In this document: piece after piece, positions 28,652-38,956 of the stretch | Layout of the letters: each line of letters starts with the position of its first letter | How positions within the stretch are numbered: the stretch's first letter is position 1 | Assembly: GCA_963832745.1 (NCBI GenBank) | Contig: CAWHVC010000003.1 | Span: 544,001 to 608,000 of the forward strand | Direction: 5' to 3' | Source: Candidatus Bathyarchaeota archaeon | GTDB lineage: Archaea; Thermoproteota; Bathyarchaeia; Bathyarchaeales; Bathycorpusculaceae | Length of the DNA: 64,000 nucleotides | The notes under the pieces: generated by a model | What the model saw: only the letters and a program-made list of their open reading frames with translations | Databases searched by the model: none | Told to the model about the DNA's origin: nothing | Made by a program: the position numbers and the translations under genes

Positions 28652-28864
28652 TCAAATTATCACTTTTTTCCTGACAAGGTAAATTAAGTCAAACGCTCCG
28701 ACGAGAAAAACTACGAAACCCACACTTACTGCGGCTGCGTTTCCGACTTTAAGTGCCTCATTAAGAATCAAGGGCAAATAGGTTGGTCCAGCAAAAATAA
28801 AAACTGCTGCAATTATAATAAGAAAAACACGTAGAAATTTAGAGTTAATTTGGTCTTGAGACAT
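28652..28864 (-). CDS. small 2-TM membrane protein
   Basis: Two hydrophobic segments around FAGPTY; follows the PAC2 gene with a GGTG SD. Confidence 0.7.
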   Translation of the reverse strand: MSQDQINSKFLRVFLIIIAAVFIFAGPTYLPLILNEALKVGNAAAVSVGFVVFLVGAFDLIYLVRKKVII

Positions 28865-28884
28865 TTAGAACACCACCAAAACAA

Positions 28885-29553
28885 TCACTGTTCTGGTGTA
28901 ATGTCTTCTTTTAGCCCCTCTTTTATTTCTTTCCCCAAGGCCTTCATGAGGAACTTAAAAACCAAAAAGCCTGCTTCACGGTCCGCCTTAAACCCTAAAG
29001 TTGTACCCAAAAGGCAAACCCCGTCAAGGTTACGTTCCTTGGCAAGTGCTAAAGTTAAACCTGTGCCACCGACAATTCTGCCTTTACTGTAAATAACTCC
29101 GCCTTTCTCCATGAAATCTGTTGCCAACCGGTTCGAGGTTGCAGCAATGAAAACTTCGGTTTTATCTTCCGTAATTGGCACGCCGCCCATTGTTACGATA
29201 AATTTGCAGCCTAAGGATTCAGCAAAATTCAAAACTTCTTCGCAAACCGTGTAATGCGCAACTACGTCATCGAATGAAGGTTGAATTTCGCCGCTCATGA
29301 TGATGAGGTTATTTTTTTCCATTGGTGCATAATAGAAATCGTATTTTGGCAGATGCGCAACTCCTTTCGAGGTTATTGAGATGTAATCGGGAAATGATGG
29401 TGAATAGAGTTCTGCGAATGGTTTGGCTTCAAAAAACTTTACCAGCAAATGCGCTGCGATTCTGCCGACGTTTCCGAAACCTGGAAGCCCCTGAACAAAG
29501 ATTGGGTTCTCAAGTGGAGGGTTTGAAAGTTGACGTAAATATGGTTTATCCAT
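28885..29553 (-). CDS. PAC2 family proteasome assembly chaperone
   Basis: GLPGFGNVG.IAA, ELYSPSFP, VTMGG, IVGGTG, CLLG.T. Confidence 0.9.
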   Translation of the reverse strand: MDKPYLRQLSNPPLENPIFVQGLPGFGNVGRIAAHLLVKFFEAKPFAELYSPSFPDYISITSKGVAHLPKYDFYYAPMEKNNLIIMSGEIQPSFDDVVAHYTVCEEVLNFAESLGCKFIVTMGGVPITEDKTEVFIAATSNRLATDFMEKGGVIYSKGRIVGGTGLTLALAKERNLDGVCLLGTTLGFKADREAGFLVFKFLMKALGKEIKEGLKEDITPEQ

Positions 29554-29684
29554 TGCAACTGCCTAGCACAACTAAATATTTTCCATACTAAAATGCTTTT
29601 GCCGCAATGCAGAAACGAAACTATTAATACCTGACAACTAAGTTTAATAGACTGCAAAAACAGAAAACTGTTTGAACCACTCGT

Positions 29685-29763
29685 AGCGGGGTGGGGTAGC
29701 CAGGATTAACCCGCTGGGCTCATAACCCAGAGATCGATAGTTCAAATCTATTCCCCGCTACCA
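29685..29763 (+). tRNA. initiator tRNA-Met(CAT)
   Basis: A1-U72 pair (AGCGGGG/CCCCGCT), three consecutive G-C pairs in the anticodon stem (CTGGG-CTCATAA-CCCAG), encoded CCA. Confidence 0.95.
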
Positions 29764-30405
29764 AACAATTTCTAAAAATTGATTTTAAGCTAAAAAACGG
29801 GTGTTTTTGTTTGTTGGTTTTCCAAACATTTCCGTATTTCGAGGAGAAAGGAGAAGGTTTCGAAAACGGTAACTAATTTTGCAGGCTTGTCTGGAAAGCT
29901 TTCAACCGTTAACACCATTTTTCTGCCTTGAATACTATGGGTTCTGGTTTTGTTATAATAAGCTTGTTAACTTTTGATAATTAGTTGCCCTCTTCGTATG
30001 GCAATATAGACTACATGTTTTTACAATAAATGAATGAAAGCCATAGACTTGTGCTATAGCCTTCATTTTTCGAGTTTTCTCTCTTCCACCTTACCGTTAA
30101 GTCTGGTTTGAATGTAGTTTTTATCATAATCGCCATCGGTTGACCCTGTAGGTTAACAAGCCTTCTTTATATTCTACATATTTTATGTGTGCAAGTTTTA
30201 TTTCCTAAAAGAGCACCTATAGATTTTGTAAATAGCTTGGCGGCTACCTTACATCTAGTTCCGATGCTTTGGCAGGCTAGTTGGCAAACTGCAAATGACA
30301 CCTCTGCAGAAAACTTTTGCTAACGGCCTGTCAAGGCGTTGCTTTGTGTTTAGTGTTTATTTACTAGCGAACCTAACTCTTGGGTTAACCACAAGTGCCC
30401 TTTCA

Positions 30406-31251
30406 ATGTCAAAATACAAGGCTTTACCTATTTCAACAGGATTTTGGAAACCCAAAGATGATTACCTAACTTGCATTCTTAAGGCTATAGCAGGCAAAAC
30501 AGTCGATGGCGATTTCATCGTGGTTTCTGAGAAAGCCATCTCAACCGCCTTAGGCAACATAGCTGATGAAAGCAAAGTCACTGCTGGCGTTAACGCCAAG
30601 TTTCTCGCAGGGTTTTGGATGCGTACTCTTTGGGGTTACCCTTTGGGTGTATTGTGTCATTTTGGGCAGCGACTGCTTTCACGACTACGACAGTACCCTG
30701 TCGAGTCAGGACCAAGACATAAACAGGTGGCTTTGGAGTATGCCGGGTTGGGACAGGCGCTCATGTTTGGTTCTGAAGGCGCTATTGACGGTTCAAATCT
30801 GCCGTATTCACTGGTTAGTTTGCCTTTAAAAGACTCCCAAATGGTTGCAGAGCAAATTCAGGGGGAAATCGGTTCTAGATTGGGTAAACAGGTCTGTGTT
30901 GTAATTGTTGATACTGATAAAACCTACCGATTTGGTAACTTTTATTTTACCCCTCGTCCTCGCCCTCTAAAAGGTATCCAATCGTTTAGTCGTTTTGCTT
31001 TGTTGGCGTATGTTGGGGGTAAATTTTTGAGGTTGCGGAAGAGTTCTACGCCGCTTGCTGTTGCGGGTTGCAGGTTGGAAGCGGTGGAGGCTTTGAAGAT
31101 TGCTAACATTGCTGATCGTGCTCGGGGTGCTGGGTCGGGGGCGACGGTGTGGGATATGGCTTCCCGGTTTCATGTGCAGGTTAACGGTGTCACGTGGGGC
31201 ATGTTGAGTCAGATTGAACATAAACCCATAGTTGTTATTAGAAAGACATAA
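30406..31251 (+). CDS. F420-0:gamma-glutamyl ligase (CofE)-like family protein
   Basis: GDFIVVSEKAISTA.G, IDGSNLP, V.IVDTD, TPLAV; start taken at ATG 30406. Confidence 0.75.
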   Translation: MSKYKALPISTGFWKPKDDYLTCILKAIAGKTVDGDFIVVSEKAISTALGNIADESKVTAGVNAKFLAGFWMRTLWGYPLGVLCHFGQRLLSRLRQYPVESGPRHKQVALEYAGLGQALMFGSEGAIDGSNLPYSLVSLPLKDSQMVAEQIQGEIGSRLGKQVCVVIVDTDKTYRFGNFYFTPRPRPLKGIQSFSRFALLAYVGGKFLRLRKSSTPLAVAGCRLEAVEALKIANIADRARGAGSGATVWDMASRFHVQVNGVTWGMLSQIEHKPIVVIRKT

Positions 31252-31372
31252 CGATGCAATGATGTGCTGGATAATTATTGGAAGATTCAACATTGTTTGT
31301 GCTAGAATTGTTTTTTGCATAGTAAGACATAAAAATGGGACTCTTGACTTTTAGCAAAGACCGGGATTCACC

Positions 31373-32872
31373 ATGGAAGAAGCAATACAAAAATTAGATG
31401 CGTTCTTTAATCCTCGCTCAGTAGCAGTCATTGGCGCGACAAAGAAAGAAGGAAAAGCAGGTGCAGTTATTTTCAAAAACTTCGCCACAAATAAGCTACG
31501 AGGAGTTTTTAAAGGCGAACTTTACCCAATTAATCCAAAAGAGGAAGAAATTTTAGGATTCAAATGTTATGAGACATTAAGCAAAGTCCCAGGCGATGTG
31601 GATTTAGTCGTTGTTATTGTTCCCTCAGGTGCCGTTGCAGGCGTTTTAGAGGAAGCCGGCGGCAAAAATACTAAGGCAGCAGTTATTATCAGTGCTGGTT
31701 TTAAAGAAGTTGGGAACCATGCAGCTGAAGATGAAGTTGTAGCAGTGGCCAAAAAGCATGGTATACGTGTGCTTGGTCCTAACTGTCTTGGTGTCTTTTA
31801 TGCTAAAACAGGTGTGGACAGCCTCTTTTTGCCTGAAATTAAGAAATTGTCAACAGGCAAAGAAGTTGTTGCTACTCCACGTCCAATGTCTGGAAACATT
31901 GCAATGATTACTCAAAGCGGCGCTTTTGGTAGTGCAGCGCTTGATTATCTGACAGGTCGCCAGATGGGTGTCTCTAAATTTGTTAGTTTCGGTAACAAAT
32001 GTGACACTTCAGAATCTGACATTCTTGAGTACCTTCTTTATGACGAAGAAACTCATGCTGTTCTCATTTACCTTGAAGACATTAAATCTGGTAAAGAATT
32101 CCTTGAGGTTGCCAAAAAAGTTTCACTTAAAAAACCAATCGTTGTAATTAAATCAGGCAAATCTGAGGCAGGTGCACGTGCAGCAGCTTCTCACACTGGC
32201 GCAATTGCTGGTGCAGACAAAATCTACGATGCTGCATTTGAAAAGACTGGTGTTATTCGTGCTAAGAACATGAATGAATTTTTTGACATCGGTAAGGCTC
32301 TTTCAAGCATGAAACCATCCGTTGGTTCAAACATTGGTATTTTAACTGACGCAGGCGGACCAGGTGTCATGTGTGTTGACGAATGTGAAATCGTCGGCTT
32401 AACTGTTAACAAATTTAGTGACGCAACTATTCAAAAGTTTGAGGAACTCAAAGAAAACGGCAGCATCTTAAAAATTTCAGCAACTCACAATCCAGTTGAC
32501 TTAACCGGTAGCGTTACCGATGACCAATTCATCGTTGCAGCAGACCTCATGTTCCAAGAGCCATCCCTTTGCGGCATCATTTTCCTTGGCCTTCACCACA
32601 TGCCAGGCTTGCAAGAGAAATACATTACAGGCGTTGCAGAAATCGCAGCTAAATATGACAAACCAATTGTTGCATGTGACATTGGCGAAACTGAAATGGC
32701 GCTTTACACAAGAAGTCACTTTGACCGTTTAGGCTTGCCCTCGTACTCTTCACCAGAAGATGCAGCCCACGCAATGAAAGCTTTGCTTCAATACGGCACT
32801 TTCCTGAAAAAGAATGGCGCTCTTGAAGCTTACATTGCAGAATACAATAAACGTAAAGCAGAAAAACAGTAA
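31373..32872 (+). CDS. acdA: ADP-forming acyl-CoA synthetase alpha subunit
   Basis: FFNPRSVAVIGA, IISAGF.E, LGPNCLG, TQSGA, AAASHTGAIAG (phospho-His), NPVDLTG. Confidence 0.9.
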   Translation: MEEAIQKLDAFFNPRSVAVIGATKKEGKAGAVIFKNFATNKLRGVFKGELYPINPKEEEILGFKCYETLSKVPGDVDLVVVIVPSGAVAGVLEEAGGKNTKAAVIISAGFKEVGNHAAEDEVVAVAKKHGIRVLGPNCLGVFYAKTGVDSLFLPEIKKLSTGKEVVATPRPMSGNIAMITQSGAFGSAALDYLTGRQMGVSKFVSFGNKCDTSESDILEYLLYDEETHAVLIYLEDIKSGKEFLEVAKKVSLKKPIVVIKSGKSEAGARAAASHTGAIAGADKIYDAAFEKTGVIRAKNMNEFFDIGKALSSMKPSVGSNIGILTDAGGPGVMCVDECEIVGLTVNKFSDATIQKFEELKENGSILKISATHNPVDLTGSVTDDQFIVAADLMFQEPSLCGIIFLGLHHMPGLQEKYITGVAEIAAKYDKPIVACDIGETEMALYTRSHFDRLGLPSYSSPEDAAHAMKALLQYGTFLKKNGALEAYIAEYNKRKAEKQ

Positions 32873-32932
32873 CTAAAAGTTACTGCTTCCACTCTTTAAT
32901 TTCATTTTTTTGTTTCTTTAAAAAATTGTTTG

Positions 32933-33319
32933 TTAAATGTTTACTGTAACTGTTATGGTGTCCTCATCTTTGATGTTGAAGCGGTTTCTTAGGTTGTCGG
33001 GTGCTATGATTTCGAGTAGGTTTTTTGGGTAAGTTGGCACGTCGGGTACTACCACGTAGCAGTCTTGGTTGAAGATTTTTGCTTTGTAAAGGTAGCCGGG
33101 TAGGTAGCCATCTTGGGGTTTGACTAATTTTCCGTTCTGCGATGTAAGGTGGCAGCGTTGCTCTGTGCTTTTTGCGGTTAACCGCAGGTTCAAGGTGCCA
33201 AGGTACGGTGTGAAACCTGTAATTTCCTGTAGTTGCTGCATTACCCATGGCATTTCAACAAAAAATTTGCCGCATCCTTGTCCCGAGTAGGCGGTGCCAA
33301 TGAACTCTATTTTTTGCAA
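32933..33319 (-). CDS. ribK: CTP-dependent riboflavin kinase (DUF120)
   Basis: G...SG.G.G.FFV, GFTPYLGTLN, LEIIAP..LR. Confidence 0.85.
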   Translation of the reverse strand: MQKIEFIGTAYSGQGCGKFFVEMPWVMQQLQEITGFTPYLGTLNLRLTAKSTEQRCHLTSQNGKLVKPQDGYLPGYLYKAKIFNQDCYVVVPDVPTYPKNLLEIIAPDNLRNRFNIKDEDTITVTVNI

Positions 33320-33345
33320 AAATTTTGCCTCAAAAAAGGGTGTGT

Positions 33346-33714
33346 TTATGGTTGTTGTTTTAGCCAGTCTGCGACGTCTTTGAGAACTGGGTCGGAAGAA
33401 ATGTCCACGACGGGTACAATCATCCTTTCTTTGGTCTCAATTACCGGCGCAAACTTGGGCATAAAAGCGTAACCTAAATACGTCCAATATACCTTGCGTT
33501 TTTCGAGTAGTTCCTTGGCGACTGCGGTTGTGGAGGCTGGAAGCGGGAAATACAGAAACACGACGCCGTCAACCCAGTACAAGCCAGCCATTTTGCCTCC
33601 TGCAATAACGGAAGTAAAACGTGCAAGTTCATCGGGACTACTGAAATGGTTCTTCTCCATTACAGCAATTTCTTGAAAAGGCTCATACGAAACCGTAACT
33701 TGAGGTTTGCTCAT
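33346..33714 (-). CDS. conserved archaeal hypothetical protein
   Basis: LYWVDGVVFLYFP, IVPVVD; start taken at ATG 33714. Confidence 0.7.
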   Translation of the reverse strand: MSKPQVTVSYEPFQEIAVMEKNHFSSPDELARFTSVIAGGKMAGLYWVDGVVFLYFPLPASTTAVAKELLEKRKVYWTYLGYAFMPKFAPVIETKERMIVPVVDISSDPVLKDVADWLKQQP

Positions 33715-33981
33715 GAATAATACCAACCTAACTAGGTAACAAAGAAGCAAACGCTCCCCTTTTAATATTACCATGTCAATTGCAGCTTCGATTTGTGTGC
33801 CTTAAAATTGTGGTGCAAGTGTTCTAAAGTATAGATATTTATCAAATTGATGGCGATAATTGTAACGTTATGATAAAAGTACTTGCTGTTACTTTAAATA
33901 TTTATGACAATTAAGAAAAAATCTGGTAGTTTACCATAATAACTCTGAGCTCTTTGCCTAAAAACTGAGGTTACACTGAAG

Positions 33982-34614
33982 TTGGAAAATCAAGTAAAAC
34001 CAGTCATCCTGATGCTGTTTTGTTTAGCATTGCTTATCTTGGCTCTAAGCGTCTTTACTTTACAACCAAACAAAGCTCCAGTACCTGATCAATTAGAAAA
34101 CAATATTGGCGATGAACATTTAATGATTTGGACTCTTGGAACAAACGACTTTATAGAATCATTACAGACCAACCCACAAGCTGAAGGAACACCTGTAACC
34201 AGCTTATCAATAGAAGATTTTAATTCAAATTCTGAAATGCGTTCAATGGTTCTTAATAAATCGTCAATCATTATCTTTGACAGCATCTGGCTAAACCAAA
34301 ACGACAACCAATCAACATATGACTTTGTAAATGCATCTGCAAGTGAAATTGGTTCATTTTTCGCTGTTGGTGGTTCAAATGCGAAACTTTATGAAATATT
34401 AGAAAAAGCTGATGTTTACACAATGGGCAGAGATGACAATGGAATCCCTCGAAATCCTGCTAGCCATAGTATGCCTATTATTGGTTTTCGACTACAATTA
34501 GTTAGAGACATTGACGGATCACAACACTATGCAAATTGTCATTACAGCAACGGCAACTTAAATGGGCCCGATTTACTCGAAACTATAGTTGAGTTTCTAA
34601 ACCATCATGGGTAG
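33982..34614 (+). CDS. exported hypothetical protein
   Basis: 210 aa with N-terminal hydrophobic helix; GAGG SD. Confidence 0.6.
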   Translation: MENQVKPVILMLFCLALLILALSVFTLQPNKAPVPDQLENNIGDEHLMIWTLGTNDFIESLQTNPQAEGTPVTSLSIEDFNSNSEMRSMVLNKSSIIIFDSIWLNQNDNQSTYDFVNASASEIGSFFAVGGSNAKLYEILEKADVYTMGRDDNGIPRNPASHSMPIIGFRLQLVRDIDGSQHYANCHYSNGNLNGPDLLETIVEFLNHHG

Positions 34615-35029
34615 ATAAAACTAAATCAAAACTCGCAAAATCCAGTTGTTTGTTTTATGTCTAAATGTGTTTCTTGATAACAATTAGGTTTAATTCAATT
34701 ATTTCATTTTTTTATGACTCTAAGAAATTGCCATTACAAAATGCTTTAGCGTTCTCTTCTAATTTTTACTGCCTCTTCACACCTTGAAAGCTTGGACAAC
34801 TCCTGCCCGAAGAGGGTTCGCTACAAGCTGCAATAGGCACCACACATCGACTACTTCGTAGGATACGAAAGAGGAAAAAGAACAAACAACCTAACGTATC
34901 TGCATAAACACATAATTGAACAATTTTTCTTTTATCGAAAAGAGCCTTAAGGCAAGGGCTATCGTTCAGTTTTTAGGATAATTCGTAAGAGCTAATATTT
35001 ACTTTCGTTAATACGAATTGGTTCTATTG

Positions 35030-36248
35030 TCAGTTGATCGATATTTCTGTAATAGGTTGAATAATCCCAAGTCCTTTGCTAGTTATGGTAATGGATTGGT
35101 TTCCATCATTAACAAAAACCCAATAATACGGCTCAGATTTTGCAAATTCTCCAATATAATCAGGGCTTCCTAAATGTAAAATTACTGTCCCATTGGAATT
35201 TGTGATAAAGTTACGATCAGTAGCAGGCAGAGTTTGAAGAATGCCCCCCGATTTCATTTCAAAAATATGTTTGAGTTGAACGTTGGCTCCACAGACAGGC
35301 TCCCCATTTCGAGTAACTTTGATTGTTATTAAATCTGTTTTATTTGTGTAGTCTTGTATGAGCTCGATAAAAGAATTATCTGTTATTGTGCAGACATAGG
35401 TGAGTGAACCTATGCTATTTATTCGATTCTGTAACATTTCGTTTCTAGAAATTACCGTAGCACCGTCACCCACCATCCACACTCCATCGATTAAAACTTC
35501 GGTAAACTCGTGATTTTCCCCAGAAACTATAACCTCTCTTGACTCAAAACCCGCATCAATCAAGAGTTGCTTTTTTGTCATTGCCATCTCTCCACATTTC
35601 CCTACCCCAGTAAGCATAAATTTCCAATAATCGTTGTTTGCTCTGAAGTAAGAACCAAAACAACTCATGTATTCAACACTTTTACAGATATAAGATGCCC
35701 TTTCCGAACTGTTGCTAATCGATGCCGTGTTATCTATTATTGTATTAGTTGCTAATGCCACAGTTATGTTGGGTAGAATAAGGACAAATATTAGTGCCGA
35801 AACTGCAAGCCACTTGTATTCTATTAGTTTACTTGTAAAATTTAGCTTTCCGTAAATAAAAAGCATTAACGGGATAGGTGCCCAAAAGATATAGTATTCA
35901 GGGAATACGTAAAGGTGGGGAAATTTTACAGCTATAATAGTAAGGCTCACATAGAAAAACAAAATAATGGCAAAGCAAATCAGAAGATATGCTCTAAAAA
36001 TTCCTGTTTTGTGTTTATCTACAAAATCAATAATATAAAAAAGTGAAATAATTGGGAGAACAAGAAAGACAACAACATAAGATATTAAACTTAAAACTCT
36101 GTAGGTTGTGTCAATAGTGATTATTGTTCCTTAACCAGATTGAGGCTGAAAGGATAACTGAGAAAACAATGAATAATGTAAATACAATTTTTGGAGTTAA
36201 TTCTGTAAGAAGTCTCCCAAAATTATCCATTTTTTCCTTTAACTTCAT
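35030..36248 (-). CDS. membrane-bound transglutaminase/PNGase-like protein, +1 frameshift near 36132
   Basis: GKCGEMA...NHEFTEV.IDG.W...D catalytic triad; frame stays open upstream of 35962 to about 36130 and joins ATG 36248 after removing one A (TGG TTA A GGA ACA). Confidence 0.7.
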
Positions 36249-36454
36249 TTTGTTAATCTTTTCAGCGGGACCTCAAAAAGTTTGCGTCTGAAACAATGTT
36301 ATCCTAATAAGTAAGCAATAAATCAGTATGGCAATTTAGTCATCTTCAAAATACATTTTTGGGTTATTATTTTCCTATTGTTTTAGAAAGGTTTGTAGCT
36401 GCTTTTGTATCTGGTAGATGTGTCGCTTAAAATTATGGATTAGGCTGGTTTGAA

Positions 36455-36643
36455 TCATGCTATTTTTTCTATAGTTAGTTTTTTGTTTGTTGGGTCTATT
36501 TTGATTTTTATTTTTTCGTTTGGTTGGAATGGGAATGCTGAGTCTTTGGCGAGTTCTGTGGGTATGTAGATGAAGAGTTTGTCGTATTGTTTGCCGGCTG
36601 TTGTGGATGGTCTGTTTACTATTTTGCTTTCGGCTTCCAACAT
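36455..36643 (-). CDS. AbrB/MazE/SpoVT-like small DNA-binding protein
   Basis: KLFIYIPTELAKDSAFPFQPNEKIKIKID...KLTIEK swapped-hairpin pattern. Confidence 0.7.
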   Translation of the reverse strand: MLEAESKIVNRPSTTAGKQYDKLFIYIPTELAKDSAFPFQPNEKIKIKIDPTNKKLTIEKIA

Positions 36644-36767
36644 TTTTGTTCCCTAATTTGGTGACACAATACGAGCAGATTAGTATTTTTGTATGCAAAT
36701 TGCAAAACAAATTGCATAACAAAATTTAAAAAGCAACCCAACCTAAACACTACCGAGGCAAAAAAAC

Positions 36768-36932
36768 ATGACAAACCCAAACAACCCAACCAAAAAAGCA
36801 ATCCTCGTAATAGAGTTAGGTTACGAGTCCACCCAAGCATCAAACACCCAAATAGAAAAAGACATTCAAAAGGAAGCGCAGATTCCATGGTGTAGCAGGA
36901 TTCGCCGAATTGACGTTTACAGCAGCAAGTAG
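36768..36932 (+). CDS. 54-aa small protein (below ORF-track cutoff)
   Basis: MTNPNNPTKKAILVIELGYESTQASNTQIEKDIQKEAQIPWCSRIRRIDVYSSK; GAGG SD; divergent from the AbrB-like gene. Confidence 0.55.
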   Translation: MTNPNNPTKKAILVIELGYESTQASNTQIEKDIQKEAQIPWCSRIRRIDVYSSK

Positions 36933-36948
36933 TCCCGTGGTGAAGCCC

Positions 36949-37074
36949 ATGGTTGCTTGTCCACGATGCGGCAAAAACGTAGCCAAATCCGTCCGAACGC
37001 TGGAAACGTTCATGTTTAAGATAGAAGATTACGAATGCGACGGCTGCGGGAAACGTTTCGAAGCAATCAGTTAA
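36949..37074 (+). CDS. 41-aa C4 zinc-ribbon protein
   Basis: MVACPRCGKNVAKSVRTLETFMFKIEDYECDGCGKRFEAIS; GGTGA SD 5 nt upstream. Confidence 0.7.
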   Translation: MVACPRCGKNVAKSVRTLETFMFKIEDYECDGCGKRFEAIS

Positions 37075-37078
37075 GTTA

Positions 37079-37292
37079 ACCAGCCTATTTGGATCCTAAT
37101 ATCAAATCATTGCAGAAAAAGACAGAGGGGGTCAAAGAAAATCCTAAGGGGGGTAGGTGCTATTGACGCAAAAACAAGCCAAAAGTATGTTGAAATTCAG
37201 TGCTAATTTTTGCACTGTCCCTGTTTTTAATGTGTTTATTTTAAGGGCATTTTAACGCCAAAATTCTTTAAAGGGCACGCTAGGCTGCTGGT
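37079..37292 (+). repeat. dispersed intergenic repeat (MITE-like), copy B, flanked by TTA on both sides
   Basis: TTA|ACCAGCCTATTTGGATCCTAATA ... AAAATCCTAAGGGGGGTAGGTGCTATTGAC ... AGTATGTTGAAA ... AAGGGCACGCTAGGCTGCTGGT|TTA. Confidence 0.65.
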
Positions 37293-37527
37293 TTAGCCAT
37301 TGGAGCGTGAGAAATGCTTTAGCTTTGCCAAATGGGTCATGCTAGAACCCGAATGCATTGCGCTGTTCACTGCTTTCTATTTGCCTTTCACTAACCTATC
37401 AGAAACTTTATGCAGAAACCTGTAGAGGGTCTATCTTTCTGGGGATGGGTAGGCTCTTGCTGTCAGCAACCTTTTTTTTTAGCTTACCGCTAATCTTTCT
37501 GTATCTAACTTTTGGAGTGTTTTTAGC

Positions 37528-37704
37528 ATGGAGAATCATAAAGAGCATACGCTTGGAAGACCAACTTCTCAAGAAGAACCCGTAAAAGGTGTAGCACCAA
37601 ACAAGTTTCCCTGCCCCGTCTGCAACAAAACTTTCAACACCCAGTCAGAAATGGAAAGACACCGAGACACGGCACATCACGAAACAAAAGGCCACAACCA
37701 ATAA
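37528..37704 (+). CDS. 58-aa classical C2H2 zinc-finger protein
   Basis: FPCPVCNKTFNTQSEMERHRDTAH fits F-x-C-x2-C-x3-F-x5-M-x2-H-x4-H; GGAGTG SD. Confidence 0.75.
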   Translation: MENHKEHTLGRPTSQEEPVKGVAPNKFPCPVCNKTFNTQSEMERHRDTAHHETKGHNQ

Positions 37705-37860
37705 CCTCAACCCTATAATACTGCCTGAAAACTGTACGCTTGTCCACCGCATCACGGAAACAAAAATCCCAATGTCCTCCCAGTTTTACCCTCATAGGCG
37801 TGTAGCGCTCGCCTGCTTTTTAACAGAAAATTAATATGGCTTATCTCAATGACATTTTAA

Positions 37861-38889
<1,029 letters not shown>

Positions 38890-38956
38890 CTCGGGTCACG
38901 CAAGCAAACTTAAATAAAACCAATTTTTCTTTACCCCTAAACCATCTTGAGAGTGC

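Noticed and set aside
29764-30290. Integrated element or gene remnant after tRNA-iMet
   Set aside because: Only short interrupted frames; no duplicated tRNA 3' end (att site) found in the window
34940-34968. Possible additional copy of the dispersed repeat (CCTTAAGGCAAGGGCTATCG)
   Set aside because: Too short and degenerate to distinguish from chance
36375-36895. Track ORFs 36375..36722, 36619..36888 and 36689..36895
   Set aside because: Low-complexity alternative frames overlapping the better-supported AbrB-like and 54-aa genes
37358-37585. 75-aa hydrophobic ORF
   Set aside because: No SD or motif; overlaps the SD-supported C2H2 gene in another frame
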